From: Bdellovibrionota bacterium | GTDB taxonomy: Bacteria; Bdellovibrionota_C; UBA2361; CALJRW01 | Direction of reading: 5' to 3' | DNA: 64,000 nt | Assembly: GCA_041740355.1 (NCBI GenBank) | Contig: JBGSMD010000016.1 | Location: 64,001 to 128,000, forward strand | Made by a program: the position numbers and the translations under genes | In this document: positions 19,920 to 29,859 of the stretch, in pieces | How the letters are laid out: every line of letters begins with the position of its first letter | Position numbering within the stretch: the stretch's first letter is position 1 | Notes under the pieces: generated by a model | Told to the model about the DNA's origin: nothing | The model's database searches: none | The model's input: only the letters and a program-made list of their open reading frames with translations

Positions 19920-20279
19920 ATGTCTAAAAAAAATTGTCTAACCAAAGCGGATCTAGCAGATAGTATTTTCTCAATGATGCCGATTGATAAGAGCCAAGCT
20001 AATCAAATCGTGGAAGATTTTATCGAGTTAATCAAGGTCGGCCTTGAGCAAGATGAAAAAGTAATGATATCTGGATATGGGTCGTTCGAAGTGAATTCTA
20101 AATCTGCCCGCCGTGGACGTAATCCACAGACTGGGGAGTCAATCATCTTGAGATCTAGAAAAGTTGTGAAGTTTAAGCCTAGTCAAATCTTAAGAAAATC
20201 AGTTAACAACGATGGTTCGCCAATCGACGAACAAGAAGATAGCTTTGCACCAAAAAGTAGATTGCCATTTAGAAGTTAA
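19920..20279 (+). CDS. ihfA: Integration host factor subunit alpha / HU family, with C-terminal extension
   Basis: LTKADLAD, VMISGYGSF, RRGRNPQTGE, RKVVKFKPSQIL. Confidence 0.85.
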   Translation: MSKKNCLTKADLADSIFSMMPIDKSQANQIVEDFIELIKVGLEQDEKVMISGYGSFEVNSKSARRGRNPQTGESIILRSRKVVKFKPSQILRKSVNNDGSPIDEQEDSFAPKSRLPFRS

Positions 20280-20280
20280 A

Positions 20281-20340
20281 TATAGAAAATCTAAGAAGTA
20301 ATTTGCTTAACCAAAATTTTTCTTGACTCTCAATAGTATC
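20281..20340 (+). repeat. TATAG-family element, degenerate first hairpin
   Basis: TATAGAAAATCTAAGAAGTAATTT-gcttaacc-AAAATTTTTCTTGA, 1 nt after the ihfA stop. Confidence 0.55.
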
Positions 20341-20615
20341 TCTCTCTAAGAATTTAATAAATTTATTTTGATGGCATTTAGGCCTTTTGAATATTTATAA
20401 TTCTTGGACTTTGAATTATTAATGTATCCTGTTCTTTACCTGAAGTAAGTCTTATTCCTTTCAATTATGCTTGTGTTAGATTTTTAACCTATGTTTCTGT
20501 GTAAGTATTAGAGAGTATCCAAAAATAAATTTTATTTTGGATACTAACTGTTGAACACTAGATCTAAAATTAACCTGCGGTGTATACAAGTATTGATGTA
20601 GCTTGGAAGCTTTGC

Positions 20616-20843
20616 TTAGAATAATAGTGGCGGGTTTTCTACTTGTATACCCTCTTTCTTTAAATCCATCCAAATTTCACGAGCCAGTTCCTTATTGTTC
20701 TGATCAAGAATCTCGTAAATATTTTCTAAATTTAGAGCAAATTTAATTGCGGATAAAGCATAGACAGATGATGCGGTCTTGTTTTTAAGGCTTTCTCTAA
20801 TTTCTTTTAAATATGACTCTAAGTCTTTTTTTGTGTTAATCAT
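20616..20843 (-). CDS. Small hypothetical protein
   Basis: 75-aa ORF with GGAG ribosome-binding site, following the OmpA-like gene. Confidence 0.6.
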   Translation of the reverse strand: MINTKKDLESYLKEIRESLKNKTASSVYALSAIKFALNLENIYEILDQNNKELAREIWMDLKKEGIQVENPPLLF

Positions 20844-20907
20844 AAACTTTCTCCAAAAATCTAGGTGTAAACCTTAATATCATTATATAATTAAATCTTC
20901 ACTGAAC

Positions 20908-21609
20908 TTAGCGATCAATAAGCACTAATTCAATTGCCTGGCTATAGCGCCTAGGATCTTCTCCTGGAATAATAACTAAGGGTGAATCGCTGACGACCCC
21001 TCGGGTTTCTATCCTTCTAGGTTCGATGCCAAAACGAACCAAATAATTTCCTATTTCTCGTGATCTTCTAAGAGTTAAATGCTCAGAATAGTCGGTTCGA
21101 TCATCAATCGACTTAACAAAACTTGCCACAATGATTCTGGACCACGGAAACCGCTTTTTATTAAGTCTGGCAAGTTCTCGAATCAAAGCCACGGCCTCAG
21201 GTTTGACCGAAACTTCATCACCAGAAAAAAAGTAATCTGCCGGATAAATATCACGTGCGGGATGATACTCAATTCTTCTGGCATAATGTTCAGTTAATAC
21301 TTCTTGAGCATAGGCTATTTCCTTCTCAGTTTTAGCCATTATTCGTAGCTCTTCTAAGTCTTCCTCGGCCCAATCTTGCACCATCCCTCGAATTCCACCA
21401 GCTATGGCGCCAAATCCAGCTCCAACTGCAGCGCCAGGCCCCATTCCGGCATCTAAATGCAAACCGGTGACTGCACCTGTCCCAGCACCAGAAACAGCCC
21501 CACTAACGATTCCAAGTCCTTGTTTATCTGGACCTGGTTTATAACCAGTGCAAGAGCATAATATGATTAATGCAGCTAGTACAGGAAATTTAAAATTCTG
21601 CTTGTTCAT
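20908..21609 (-). CDS. Glycine-zipper / OmpA-like lipoprotein
   Basis: Lipobox LCSC, GAVSGAGTGAVTG..GAAVGAGFGAIAG zipper, LTLRRSREIGNYLVRFGIEPRRIETRG. Confidence 0.8.
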   Translation of the reverse strand: MNKQNFKFPVLAALIILCSCTGYKPGPDKQGLGIVSGAVSGAGTGAVTGLHLDAGMGPGAAVGAGFGAIAGGIRGMVQDWAEEDLEELRIMAKTEKEIAYAQEVLTEHYARRIEYHPARDIYPADYFFSGDEVSVKPEAVALIRELARLNKKRFPWSRIIVASFVKSIDDRTDYSEHLTLRRSREIGNYLVRFGIEPRRIETRGVVSDSPLVIIPGEDPRRYSQAIELVLIDR

Positions 21610-23089
21610 TAAAGGTTATCTTTTTTAAGGGATATTGATAAAGCGAAGACTCTGGATCTGCTACAGCAGATTCTAAAAGATTATACGTCGAACTAGGCCC
21701 CACAACAACTACAATAAAATCATCCACTTTCCAGAGATCTTTAGCAACATCTTGGACCTGAGCAATGGAAACTGAATCGATATTTTTTAGAAAATCTTGC
21801 TGATAATTCGGAGGGAAATTAAGCATCTTAAGTATGGCAAAACGGTTAACTATTTTTTGATTATTATCATAATCAAATACAAAAGAGTTTTGAATATTTC
21901 TTTTAACATTGGCAACTTCTTGCTTGTTAGCACCGAGTGTTTGCAACTCTACTAAAGTACGAATTCCTTCATCAATTGCCTTGACTGTTTGTGCTGCCTT
22001 GGTTTGTAAATAAATTAAATTTTTACCTGGGATGACATCCTCGATTGAGCCACCATAAGTACTATAAGCCCAACCATTCTTTTCGCGAATATTTTTTGTA
22101 AGACGAGAAGAGAATCCTTTGGCGCCAAAAATATCATTAAAGACTTGAATGGCATACTGTTTACTAGAGAAACGTTTCACACCGAGCTGACCAATATTTA
22201 CAGTGCTTTGTTCATAGTCACCCTCGTAAAAATATACTCCTTTGGAATTCTCCGGCTGCGGGTCTAATAATTTTTCTTGAAAATTTTTACTAATTGGCCA
22301 CTTGGCAAAGTAATTTAATGCAATTTCACGGGCTTCGATATCAGTTAAATCGCCGGTTAAAACGAGCTTAGAATTATTTGGAATTACATAGCTACGATGT
22401 ACTCTTAATAGATCCGCCCTTGTTAAAGCTTCAACTTGTTTAATCGTGCTAAGTTTTTCAAAGGCTGTACCACGGTTAAGCAATTGATTGAATGTTAGTG
22501 CGGCAATATCATTTGGAGAGTCTTTACGTGATCTGATACTTGCAATTTTCTGTTTTTTCCAATTTTCTAATCTTAACAAATCAATCTTTGGATTTAAAAT
22601 AATATCCTGAAAAAGTGGCAAAACTTCCGAGAGTGACTCAACTAAACATGAAAAAGCAATGCTCGCATTCTCGGCACCAAAACTAACATTAATCGACGCA
22701 GCCAGTTCTTCAAGTTTTAGATCTACTTCCTCTGGAGTGTTATCACCTGCTCCACCTGATCTCATTAAACTTCCTAATGCTTCTAATGCTAAAGCTTCTC
22801 CTTGTTGCTTAGCAAGATAAATACCATTAGGAATTAAAAGTGTTCCATTAATAATTGGCAATTCAGGATCGGCTAAAAAATGAATTTCGATACCATTCTC
22901 AATAATCCAAGATGTAATTTGGGGCTCGACTACTTTTAAAGGATCAACTGTAAGTGCTTTTTTAATCCAAGCTGGATTTTTATTACTTAATTCCGTGAAA
23001 GATTTTTGTTGAGTAGGTTTTTTGCTCGGTGTTGTAAAAAATGAACATGCCGTTAGCAAGCAAATCAAAAATAATGATATGTACTTCAT
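21590..23089 (-). CDS. M16 family peptidase, non-catalytic subunit (lipoprotein)
   Basis: Lipobox LTAC, FSSRLTKNIREKNGWAYS, no HxxEH; paired with the upstream catalytic subunit. Confidence 0.85.
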   Translation of the reverse strand: MKYISLFLICLLTACSFFTTPSKKPTQQKSFTELSNKNPAWIKKALTVDPLKVVEPQITSWIIENGIEIHFLADPELPIINGTLLIPNGIYLAKQQGEALALEALGSLMRSGGAGDNTPEEVDLKLEELAASINVSFGAENASIAFSCLVESLSEVLPLFQDIILNPKIDLLRLENWKKQKIASIRSRKDSPNDIAALTFNQLLNRGTAFEKLSTIKQVEALTRADLLRVHRSYVIPNNSKLVLTGDLTDIEAREIALNYFAKWPISKNFQEKLLDPQPENSKGVYFYEGDYEQSTVNIGQLGVKRFSSKQYAIQVFNDIFGAKGFSSRLTKNIREKNGWAYSTYGGSIEDVIPGKNLIYLQTKAAQTVKAIDEGIRTLVELQTLGANKQEVANVKRNIQNSFVFDYDNNQKIVNRFAILKMLNFPPNYQQDFLKNIDSVSIAQVQDVAKDLWKVDDFIVVVVGPSSTYNLLESAVADPESSLYQYPLKKITFNEQAEF

Positions 23090-24564
23090 GAACGATTCTC
23101 CAGTTTGCCAACAATTAAATTCTTAGGAACTAGATATTTTCGTGCGACTTGATTAATAGTTTCAACATTTAATTGATCAATCTTTGCTAACCAAGTGAAG
23201 TAGTGTTTCCAGTCATTATAGACATGCTGGGAATGACTTAGTCCTAGAGCAAGTGTCATATTAGATCGGAGTCCAAAAATTAAGTCTGCTTTCAGTTTCT
23301 TCCTGACTAAGCTGATATCTTTTTCCGAGACACCAGTTACTAGTTTTTCAGCTATTAAGTTAAGTAATTCACTCTCTAATTCTTCGTTGGTTGTTGGAGC
23401 AATTGGTTGGGCGAAAAGCATATATAAATTTGGGAATGCTGATCCTGGGCCTTCAAAATAACTAAGGGAGCTAGCCAGAGAGCGATCAATTACTAAATCC
23501 TTATAAATCGGCGCAACACTACTTCCTAACATTGCTTCCAACCAAAGGTTTAACGCTAAATCATCTGGATGGGGATAATTTGGTTTGTGATAAGCAAAGA
23601 GTAATCTTGGTTCGGCATTAAATTGAACGGTATATTCTTTTTTCCCATTTAACATTGGCTCTACAAGCTTAGTCCTTTCAGGTACAGATTTACTTGGTAA
23701 GGAACTAAAATATTTTTCCAACATTTCAACTGTAGCATCTACTTCTAAGTCTCCAACTAAAGTAATCATGATGTTGTCCGCATGATAATACTTTCGGTAA
23801 AATTCATCTATGTCAGACGCTGTCAAACGATTTAAATCTTCTTCATAACCAATTGTTGGGCGACGATAGGGATGAAGTTCATAAGCATTTGCCAGCATCT
23901 TGATATATAAAGTACCACTTGGATCGTCTACATATCGTAATCTTCTTTCTTCTAGGACAACATCTCGTTCAGAATAGAATTGTCTCCAAACTGGCTCTGA
24001 TAAACGATCTGATTCAATCCTACACCAACTTTCTAAAGCATTACTAGGCATGCTAATAAAATAATTTGTGCTGTCAGCACTGGTTGTAGCATTCATCCCT
24101 ACCCCACCAAGCTTGGAATAAATTTGATCAAGGCTGTTTTCTGGATCCCATGTTTCTTTTAAAGATAAATTGACCTGCTTAATTTCTTCCGCCAATTGTT
24201 CTTGATTTGCGGCTGGATCTTCTTGCTTAGCAACAAGATCTTCCAATTTACGCAGCAGTGTTGCTTCTTTTGGGAAATCTTTAGTTCCTAAGGTCTTGGA
24301 ACCTTTAAAGGCCATATGTTCTAGCATATGAGATATGCCAGTTTTTCCTGGAAGTTCATCCACACCACCAACCTTGACGCTAATTACAGCGGAAAATACA
24401 GGTGCTTCCTTTCGAGGATAAATAATAACCTGCAAACCATTACTTAACTTTGTAGTATGGACATCCGTCATTAATTTATCAACAATACCTTGATAATCTG
24501 TCTGTGACCAAGATGCCAAAGGTGTCACAAATAAGAGAAAAATGGATAAGAGGAATCTAAACAT
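23086..24564 (-). CDS. M16 family zinc peptidase, catalytic subunit
   Basis: TGISHMLEHMAFKG (HxxEH), NATTS, ERDVVLEERR, HPYRRPTIG; ATG at 24564 gives a signal peptide. Confidence 0.92.
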   Translation of the reverse strand: MFRFLLSIFLLFVTPLASWSQTDYQGIVDKLMTDVHTTKLSNGLQVIIYPRKEAPVFSAVISVKVGGVDELPGKTGISHMLEHMAFKGSKTLGTKDFPKEATLLRKLEDLVAKQEDPAANQEQLAEEIKQVNLSLKETWDPENSLDQIYSKLGGVGMNATTSADSTNYFISMPSNALESWCRIESDRLSEPVWRQFYSERDVVLEERRLRYVDDPSGTLYIKMLANAYELHPYRRPTIGYEEDLNRLTASDIDEFYRKYYHADNIMITLVGDLEVDATVEMLEKYFSSLPSKSVPERTKLVEPMLNGKKEYTVQFNAEPRLLFAYHKPNYPHPDDLALNLWLEAMLGSSVAPIYKDLVIDRSLASSLSYFEGPGSAFPNLYMLFAQPIAPTTNEELESELLNLIAEKLVTGVSEKDISLVRKKLKADLIFGLRSNMTLALGLSHSQHVYNDWKHYFTWLAKIDQLNVETINQVARKYLVPKNLIVGKLENRS

Positions 24565-24683
24565 AGCTACGTTTTTAGCTAATTGTGAGAGATAGTTCAA
24601 GTATATATCAACCACAAAGTGCCTGAGACGTACTCAGGGGTTTCTTAGGTATTTAGACTTTATCTGTATAGTATTCAGAGTGA

Positions 24684-25832
24684 CTAGGAAGTTAACTTAT
24701 TAAGAAAAAGTGTCACCATTGCACCACCTTCTGAACTATTATTAAATTTAATACGTCCTTTATTAATCCTAGTTAGAAATTTACAAATAACCAAGCCAAG
24801 GCCTCCACCTTGTTGCTCATTAATTTCTCGCTGATGCTGATAAAAAACTTGGGTAAGATTTTTAAAACAATTCTTATCAAATCCATTCCCATTATCAATA
24901 ATCGATAGATTTAGAGTGCGTAAATCATTAGCGATTGAAATTGTAATAGTTCTAGGTTCTTTCGTAAATTTAATAGCATTATCAATCAAGCGATCCATAA
25001 TCAGAGTTAGGTGCGGTGGATAAACAATTAATTGATAATTAGCCTCTGGGTCAAAATCAAAGTTAACAGTACAAAGTTGGTCAGTTAAGAATTTTTTATT
25101 TTTATTAAGATATTCTGTAATAAAAGTAGCTAAATTCAATTCAGAACAATGGGCTGAATAGTTTTTTTGTGCCTGTCCAGCTTGAATTTGCTGAAGCAGA
25201 ATAAAATTATTAATAATTTTTTCCAGCCTCTGGCCACCTCTCCAGATTGTGGCAACAAGTGAATTCAATTTATCTTTTGCCAAGTTTTCTTGTTGCATTA
25301 GTAATAGTTCGGAACCTGTAGTTACAGCTACTAATGGTGTTCTAAATTCGTGTGAAATATGCCGAATAACTTGAGAAGAAAATTCATCTTGTTTCTTTTG
25401 ATAAAACTCTTGAATATTTTTAGCCCGGGCAATCTTACCCTTGATGGTAGCTAATAATTCGTTGGGATCAAAGGGCTTTACAAAATAAGCATCTGCTCCC
25501 GCAGATTTACCTTTTATGATATTATCAGAATCTCCTAAAGCAGTTAAAAATATAAAGGGAGTATTAGCATGCCGATTCTGTTCGCGCAGCTTCTGTTGTA
25601 AGGTAAATCCATCCATTACTGGCATCATTACATCGCAAAGAATCAAATCAGCGTCCAATTTCTCCAAAGAATTTAGAGCTTCTTGTCCATTTTCTTGAAC
25701 AAATACCTCATAATTTTCATCGGTTAATAATGTGCGTAGGACATCCATCACAAGGGGATTATCTTCCACAACCATAATTTTAGGTTTGCTAGGATGTAAT
25801 TCAAAACTTTCTGAATGCATATCAAACTTCAT
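24684..25832 (-). CDS. Response regulator-histidine kinase hybrid
   Basis: VVEDN, DVMMPVMDG, KPFD receiver domain; SHEFRTPL, NAIKF, DNGNG, GGGLGL kinase boxes. Confidence 0.92.
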   Translation of the reverse strand: MKFDMHSESFELHPSKPKIMVVEDNPLVMDVLRTLLTDENYEVFVQENGQEALNSLEKLDADLILCDVMMPVMDGFTLQQKLREQNRHANTPFIFLTALGDSDNIIKGKSAGADAYFVKPFDPNELLATIKGKIARAKNIQEFYQKKQDEFSSQVIRHISHEFRTPLVAVTTGSELLLMQQENLAKDKLNSLVATIWRGGQRLEKIINNFILLQQIQAGQAQKNYSAHCSELNLATFITEYLNKNKKFLTDQLCTVNFDFDPEANYQLIVYPPHLTLIMDRLIDNAIKFTKEPRTITISIANDLRTLNLSIIDNGNGFDKNCFKNLTQVFYQHQREINEQQGGGLGLVICKFLTRINKGRIKFNNSSEGGAMVTLFLNKLTS

Positions 25833-25894
25833 CGATTAAAACTCTAAACCTTAAACTTTCTATCCCTATAGTAGTAATTCTTAGGATAAGGTAG

Positions 25895-25922
25895 TTATCG
25901 TCTACAATTATGCATTCCTTTA
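25895..25922 (-). promoter_or_regulatory. Putative sigma28/FliA-type promoter
   Basis: Minus strand TAAA-N16-GACGATAA, 62 nt upstream of the kinase start. Confidence 0.45.
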
Positions 25923-26031
25923 GGCTAATTTTGGTAATTTGAAAAAAGATGCCCAATCAGTTACTTTATTGTTAAAATCTACCCATTAAACTCCTAGGGT
26001 GTAGAAATTTGTTTATAATTTCAATTAAACT

Positions 26032-26940
26032 ATGGAAAATAATCTAACAATTGCTGTGTTTCCTGGCCAAGGTGCTCAAAAAGTAGGAATGGCTAAAGAT
26101 CTTTACGAAGCCTCGCTAATAGCCAAAGAACTGTATCAAATTGCCGATCAGGCTCTAGGATTTCCAATTTCTAAGATTTGCTTTGAGGGACCAGAAGATC
26201 AATTGGTACTAACCGCTAATGTTCAACCAGCTATCCTCACACATAGCTGTATTGCCTATCGAATGGCTCAAGAAAAATTAGGTCAGAATTGGCAGCCAAC
26301 TGTCGCTGCTGGTCATAGTCTAGGAGAGTATTCTGCGTTAGTTGCCGCTGAAGCAATTAGCTTTGCTGATGCTGTAGTTCTGGTTCATAAGCGTGGTAAA
26401 TATATGCAATCAGCGGTACCTGTCGGGGTTGGTGCAATGCTGGCCGTCTTAGGTCAAGAGGTAACTACCTTAGAGACCGCCTTAAAGGACTTTAGCGATC
26501 TAGAAATTGCTAATATAAATGCACCCGGGCAAATAGTGATTTCTGGTTCGGCTAAAAGCGCTAAAGAGTTTCAATTAAGAAACGCCGGATTCAAAATGAT
26601 TCCACTTCCTGTCAGTGCACCATTTCATTGTAAATTAATGCAATCAGCGCAAGATCTCCTTAGTAAAGATCTAGATTCAATTTTAATTAAAACTCCTAAG
26701 TTTCCAGTGATATCAAACTTCCTTGCTCGACCACTGACACAACCGGAAGAAATACGTCAAGCTTTAAAAGAACAAGTTACGGGAAAGGTTCGTTGGGTAG
26801 AATCAATGGAATTAGCAATTAAAGATTTTGAAGTCAAAAGAATAATCGAATTTGGACCAGGAAATGTTCTAACTGGATTAATGAAAAGAATTAATAAAGA
26901 TCTCGAAAAAGTAAATTATCAGGCAGTCAGTGACTTCTAA
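26032..26940 (+). CDS. fabD: Malonyl CoA-ACP transacylase
   Basis: FPGQGAQ, GHSLGEY, VSAPFHC, EFGPGNVL. Confidence 0.96.
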   Translation: MENNLTIAVFPGQGAQKVGMAKDLYEASLIAKELYQIADQALGFPISKICFEGPEDQLVLTANVQPAILTHSCIAYRMAQEKLGQNWQPTVAAGHSLGEYSALVAAEAISFADAVVLVHKRGKYMQSAVPVGVGAMLAVLGQEVTTLETALKDFSDLEIANINAPGQIVISGSAKSAKEFQLRNAGFKMIPLPVSAPFHCKLMQSAQDLLSKDLDSILIKTPKFPVISNFLARPLTQPEEIRQALKEQVTGKVRWVESMELAIKDFEVKRIIEFGPGNVLTGLMKRINKDLEKVNYQAVSDF

Positions 26941-27439
26941 TCAGCTCTGTTATTTAGCTCTAGGAACTAACTTAGGTAATCGCGAAGATTTTATTAAGAA
27001 AGCTCTTTTGAAACTAGGAAAAGAGGTGCAGATCCGGCGAGTTTCATCAATCTATGAAACTGCCCCATGGGGATTAACCAATCAGGATCCTTTTCTAAAC
27101 CTTTGCGTTGAAATTGAAACGACTTTAAGTCCTTTATCGCTCTTAAATCTCTGTAAAGCAATTGAACAACAATTAGGACGTAAGAAAAAAATCCATTGGG
27201 GTCCAAGAGAAATTGATATTGATATTATTTTTTATGGTGTGAAAATTATTAACCAAGATACTTTGATAATCCCACATTTAGAATTATCTCACCGGCAGTT
27301 TGTATTAAAACCCTTAGCTGACCTAATTCCAGAATTTATCCATCCCCAATTAAATATTTCTATTCAGGAACTTTCCTCTAAATTAACTATGATCGGAGTT
27401 GATTTTTACAAAGATTCGACATTTTACTACAGTAGATAA
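26930..27439 (+). CDS. folK: 2-amino-4-hydroxy-6-hydroxymethyldihydropteridine diphosphokinase
   Basis: LALGTNLG, SSIYET, FLN, WGPREIDIDI, PH..RQFVLKPL. Confidence 0.95.
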   Translation: MTSNQLCYLALGTNLGNREDFIKKALLKLGKEVQIRRVSSIYETAPWGLTNQDPFLNLCVEIETTLSPLSLLNLCKAIEQQLGRKKKIHWGPREIDIDIIFYGVKIINQDTLIIPHLELSHRQFVLKPLADLIPEFIHPQLNISIQELSSKLTMIGVDFYKDSTFYYSR

Positions 27440-27481
27440 GAAACTTACCTGTTTGCCAAGAACCTCTTTGGAATCCAAAAA

Positions 27482-28309
27482 ATGAAAACCAAATTAATGG
27501 GAATAATGAATTTGACCACTGATAGTTTTAGTGGCGATGGATTATTTACCCAGAATGATTTCTTAAAGGCAACATGGGAACAAGCCGAAAGTATGTTGAC
27601 CAGTGGCGCCTCGATATTAGATTTAGGCGCAGAAAGTTCACGCCCTGGTGCTGCCGAAATCACATCGGAAATGGAGTGGAATAGAATTGCACCGGTCTTA
27701 GAAGAACTAAAATCACTTAATACAATAATTTCAATAGACACTTATCATGCCAAAACTGCCGAGTTGGCCTTGAATAATGGAGCTAATTGGATTAATTCAA
27801 TTTGGGGTTTTCAAAAAGATGCCCGACTCTTGTCTGTAATTCGTGAAGCTCGTTGTCCAATTATAATTATGCACAATAGTTCAGATCAGGCTGTTTTAAA
27901 GCAAGACAATTTAAATTCTAGTTTTTATCAAGAATCAATTCATCAAAATGTAACACCTGAAATTATATTTGATTTAGAAAAACAAATTGAATCTGCTTTA
28001 AACCAGGGTATCTCTGCCAGCCAAATTATTATAGACCCAGGTATAGGTTTTGGGAAAACACCTTCGCAAAACTTAGAAATTATAAAAAATCTCGCTACTT
28101 TTAAAAAGATGGGCTTCCCCTTACTATTAGGCGCTTCTCGAAAATCATTCATTGGAGTAGTTTTAAATCTACCAATTGACCAAAGACTAGAGGGAACACT
28201 CGCGGTCTGCACCTTGGCAGTTAGTCAGGGCATTGAAATTTTAAGAGTACACGACGTGGAAGCTGTTGCCCGAGTTACTAAAATTACCGAAGCAATTAAT
28301 AATGCTTAA
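27482..28309 (+). CDS. folP: Dihydropteroate synthase
   Basis: MGIMNLTTDSFSGDG, GAESSRPG, SIDTY, DPGIGFGK, GASRKSF, RVHDV. Confidence 0.96.
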   Translation: MKTKLMGIMNLTTDSFSGDGLFTQNDFLKATWEQAESMLTSGASILDLGAESSRPGAAEITSEMEWNRIAPVLEELKSLNTIISIDTYHAKTAELALNNGANWINSIWGFQKDARLLSVIREARCPIIIMHNSSDQAVLKQDNLNSSFYQESIHQNVTPEIIFDLEKQIESALNQGISASQIIIDPGIGFGKTPSQNLEIIKNLATFKKMGFPLLLGASRKSFIGVVLNLPIDQRLEGTLAVCTLAVSQGIEILRVHDVEAVARVTKITEAINNA

Positions 28310-29285
28310 ACTTAATAAACCAGAGGCAATAGCGAAGATGAACCAAGCTGGAGGTGCTGCTAAACCCTTTTTTGTTATAACAGATTTCACTGGTGAACAT
28401 TTTGAGCTTTGGGAGCAACAGGAATTAGATCAGCAGCAAATCTTAATTGATTTCCCAAATTACAAAAACACTACCTTGGAAAATGCTGATTCTTTGCCAA
28501 CAAAAATTATCTTAGATCACCCACTGAAAATTAAAGAATATCAAAAATCATTTAGCAAAGTTCAGGAGTATCTTCAACAAGGTGATACATATTTATGCAA
28601 CTTAACTTTTGCCCAAAGAATCGATTTGACCGCTGATTTAGAAACTATTTTCTATCAATCGGCCGCCAGATTTAAAATTTATTATCCTGAAAAATTTGTT
28701 TGTTTTTCACCTGAAATTTTTGTGGAAATAAAAAATAATAGAATTCTGACTTATCCAATGAAAGGAACTTTTAATAGCGAAAATCCAGGTGCCCTTGCCA
28801 CTGCCAAGGAAATTGCTGAGCATGCCACAGTTGTAGATCTTTTGAGAAACGATCTTTCATTAGTTGCGGAGCAAGTACTAGTGGAAAATTACCGCTATTT
28901 TGAAGAAATTAAAACTTCCACTGGTGAAAGCTATTTGCAATCAAGCTCCCAAATAAGTGGTCAACTAAAAAATGATTGGCAATCAAGCTTGGGGAATATT
29001 ATAACAACAATACTCCCGGCTGGTTCAGTAACAGGTGCTCCCAAGAAAAAAACGCTAGAAATTATTCAAAAGGTAGAAAATTATAAACGTAATTTCTATA
29101 CTGGTATTGCTGGATACTTTGATGGTCAAGACTTCACTTCCTGTGTTCTTATACGTTTTATTGAAAAGATAGCTGATCACTACTATTTTAAAACTGGTGG
29201 CGGAATAACTGCCGAGAGTCAAATGGAAGCAGAATATCAAGAATTAATTAGTAAAATCTATGTCCCAATTTCTGGAAAGTATTAA
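28302..29285 (+). CDS. pabB: Aminodeoxychorismate synthase component I (short type)
   Basis: GDTYLCNLT, FSPEIF, PMKGT, KEIAEHATVVDLLRNDL, PAGSVTGAPK, GGGIT; ATG at 28302 overlaps the folP end. Confidence 0.9.
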   Translation: MLKLNKPEAIAKMNQAGGAAKPFFVITDFTGEHFELWEQQELDQQQILIDFPNYKNTTLENADSLPTKIILDHPLKIKEYQKSFSKVQEYLQQGDTYLCNLTFAQRIDLTADLETIFYQSAARFKIYYPEKFVCFSPEIFVEIKNNRILTYPMKGTFNSENPGALATAKEIAEHATVVDLLRNDLSLVAEQVLVENYRYFEEIKTSTGESYLQSSSQISGQLKNDWQSSLGNIITTILPAGSVTGAPKKKTLEIIQKVENYKRNFYTGIAGYFDGQDFTSCVLIRFIEKIADHYYFKTGGGITAESQMEAEYQELISKIYVPISGKY

Positions 29286-29859
29286 AATTAAGGACGGTTT
29301 TCCTTGTAATTTGGATTGGCATCAATCCAGATTAAACAAAACATTTCAGAAATTTTTCCCACAAATTCCTGCCTGGCAATTAACAGAAATTATATGTCCT
29401 CAGAATTTGAATCTGCAGCAAGTTTATAAATGTCGTTTGATTTATGATCAACAAAGAACAAAAATAGAATATCTTCCCTATCAGAGAACTAATATTAAAA
29501 GTTTTAAGTTAGTTGATATCGGAGAATTCGAATATCCGTACAAATTTGCCGATCGAAGTTTCTTTCAAGAAATTAAAAACAAGCACAAAGATGCCGAGGA
29601 GTTTATTTTAATTAAATCAGGCATGATTACAGATACAACCTACTCGAATTTGGTTTTTCAAAACGAACAAGGGCTATTTACCCCAAGTGTCCCTCTACTA
29701 CCAGGTACGATGCGTGCCAAGCTTTTAAGCCTGGGTCAGATTAAGTTAGCCAAGATCGGAGTGAAAGACTTATCAAATTATAAAAATTTCTACTTAATTA
29801 ATGCTCTGCTAGGTGAAGACCTTCAGCACCCTTATGCGGTCGATGTTATTATTGGCTAG
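29260..29859 (+). CDS. pabC: Aminodeoxychorismate lyase / class IV aminotransferase
   Basis: FLESIKI, HQSRL, YKFADR, DTTYSNL, LLPGTMRAKLL, INALL; follows pabB. Confidence 0.82.
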   Translation: MSQFLESIKIKDGFPCNLDWHQSRLNKTFQKFFPQIPAWQLTEIICPQNLNLQQVYKCRLIYDQQRTKIEYLPYQRTNIKSFKLVDIGEFEYPYKFADRSFFQEIKNKHKDAEEFILIKSGMITDTTYSNLVFQNEQGLFTPSVPLLPGTMRAKLLSLGQIKLAKIGVKDLSNYKNFYLINALLGEDLQHPYAVDVIIG

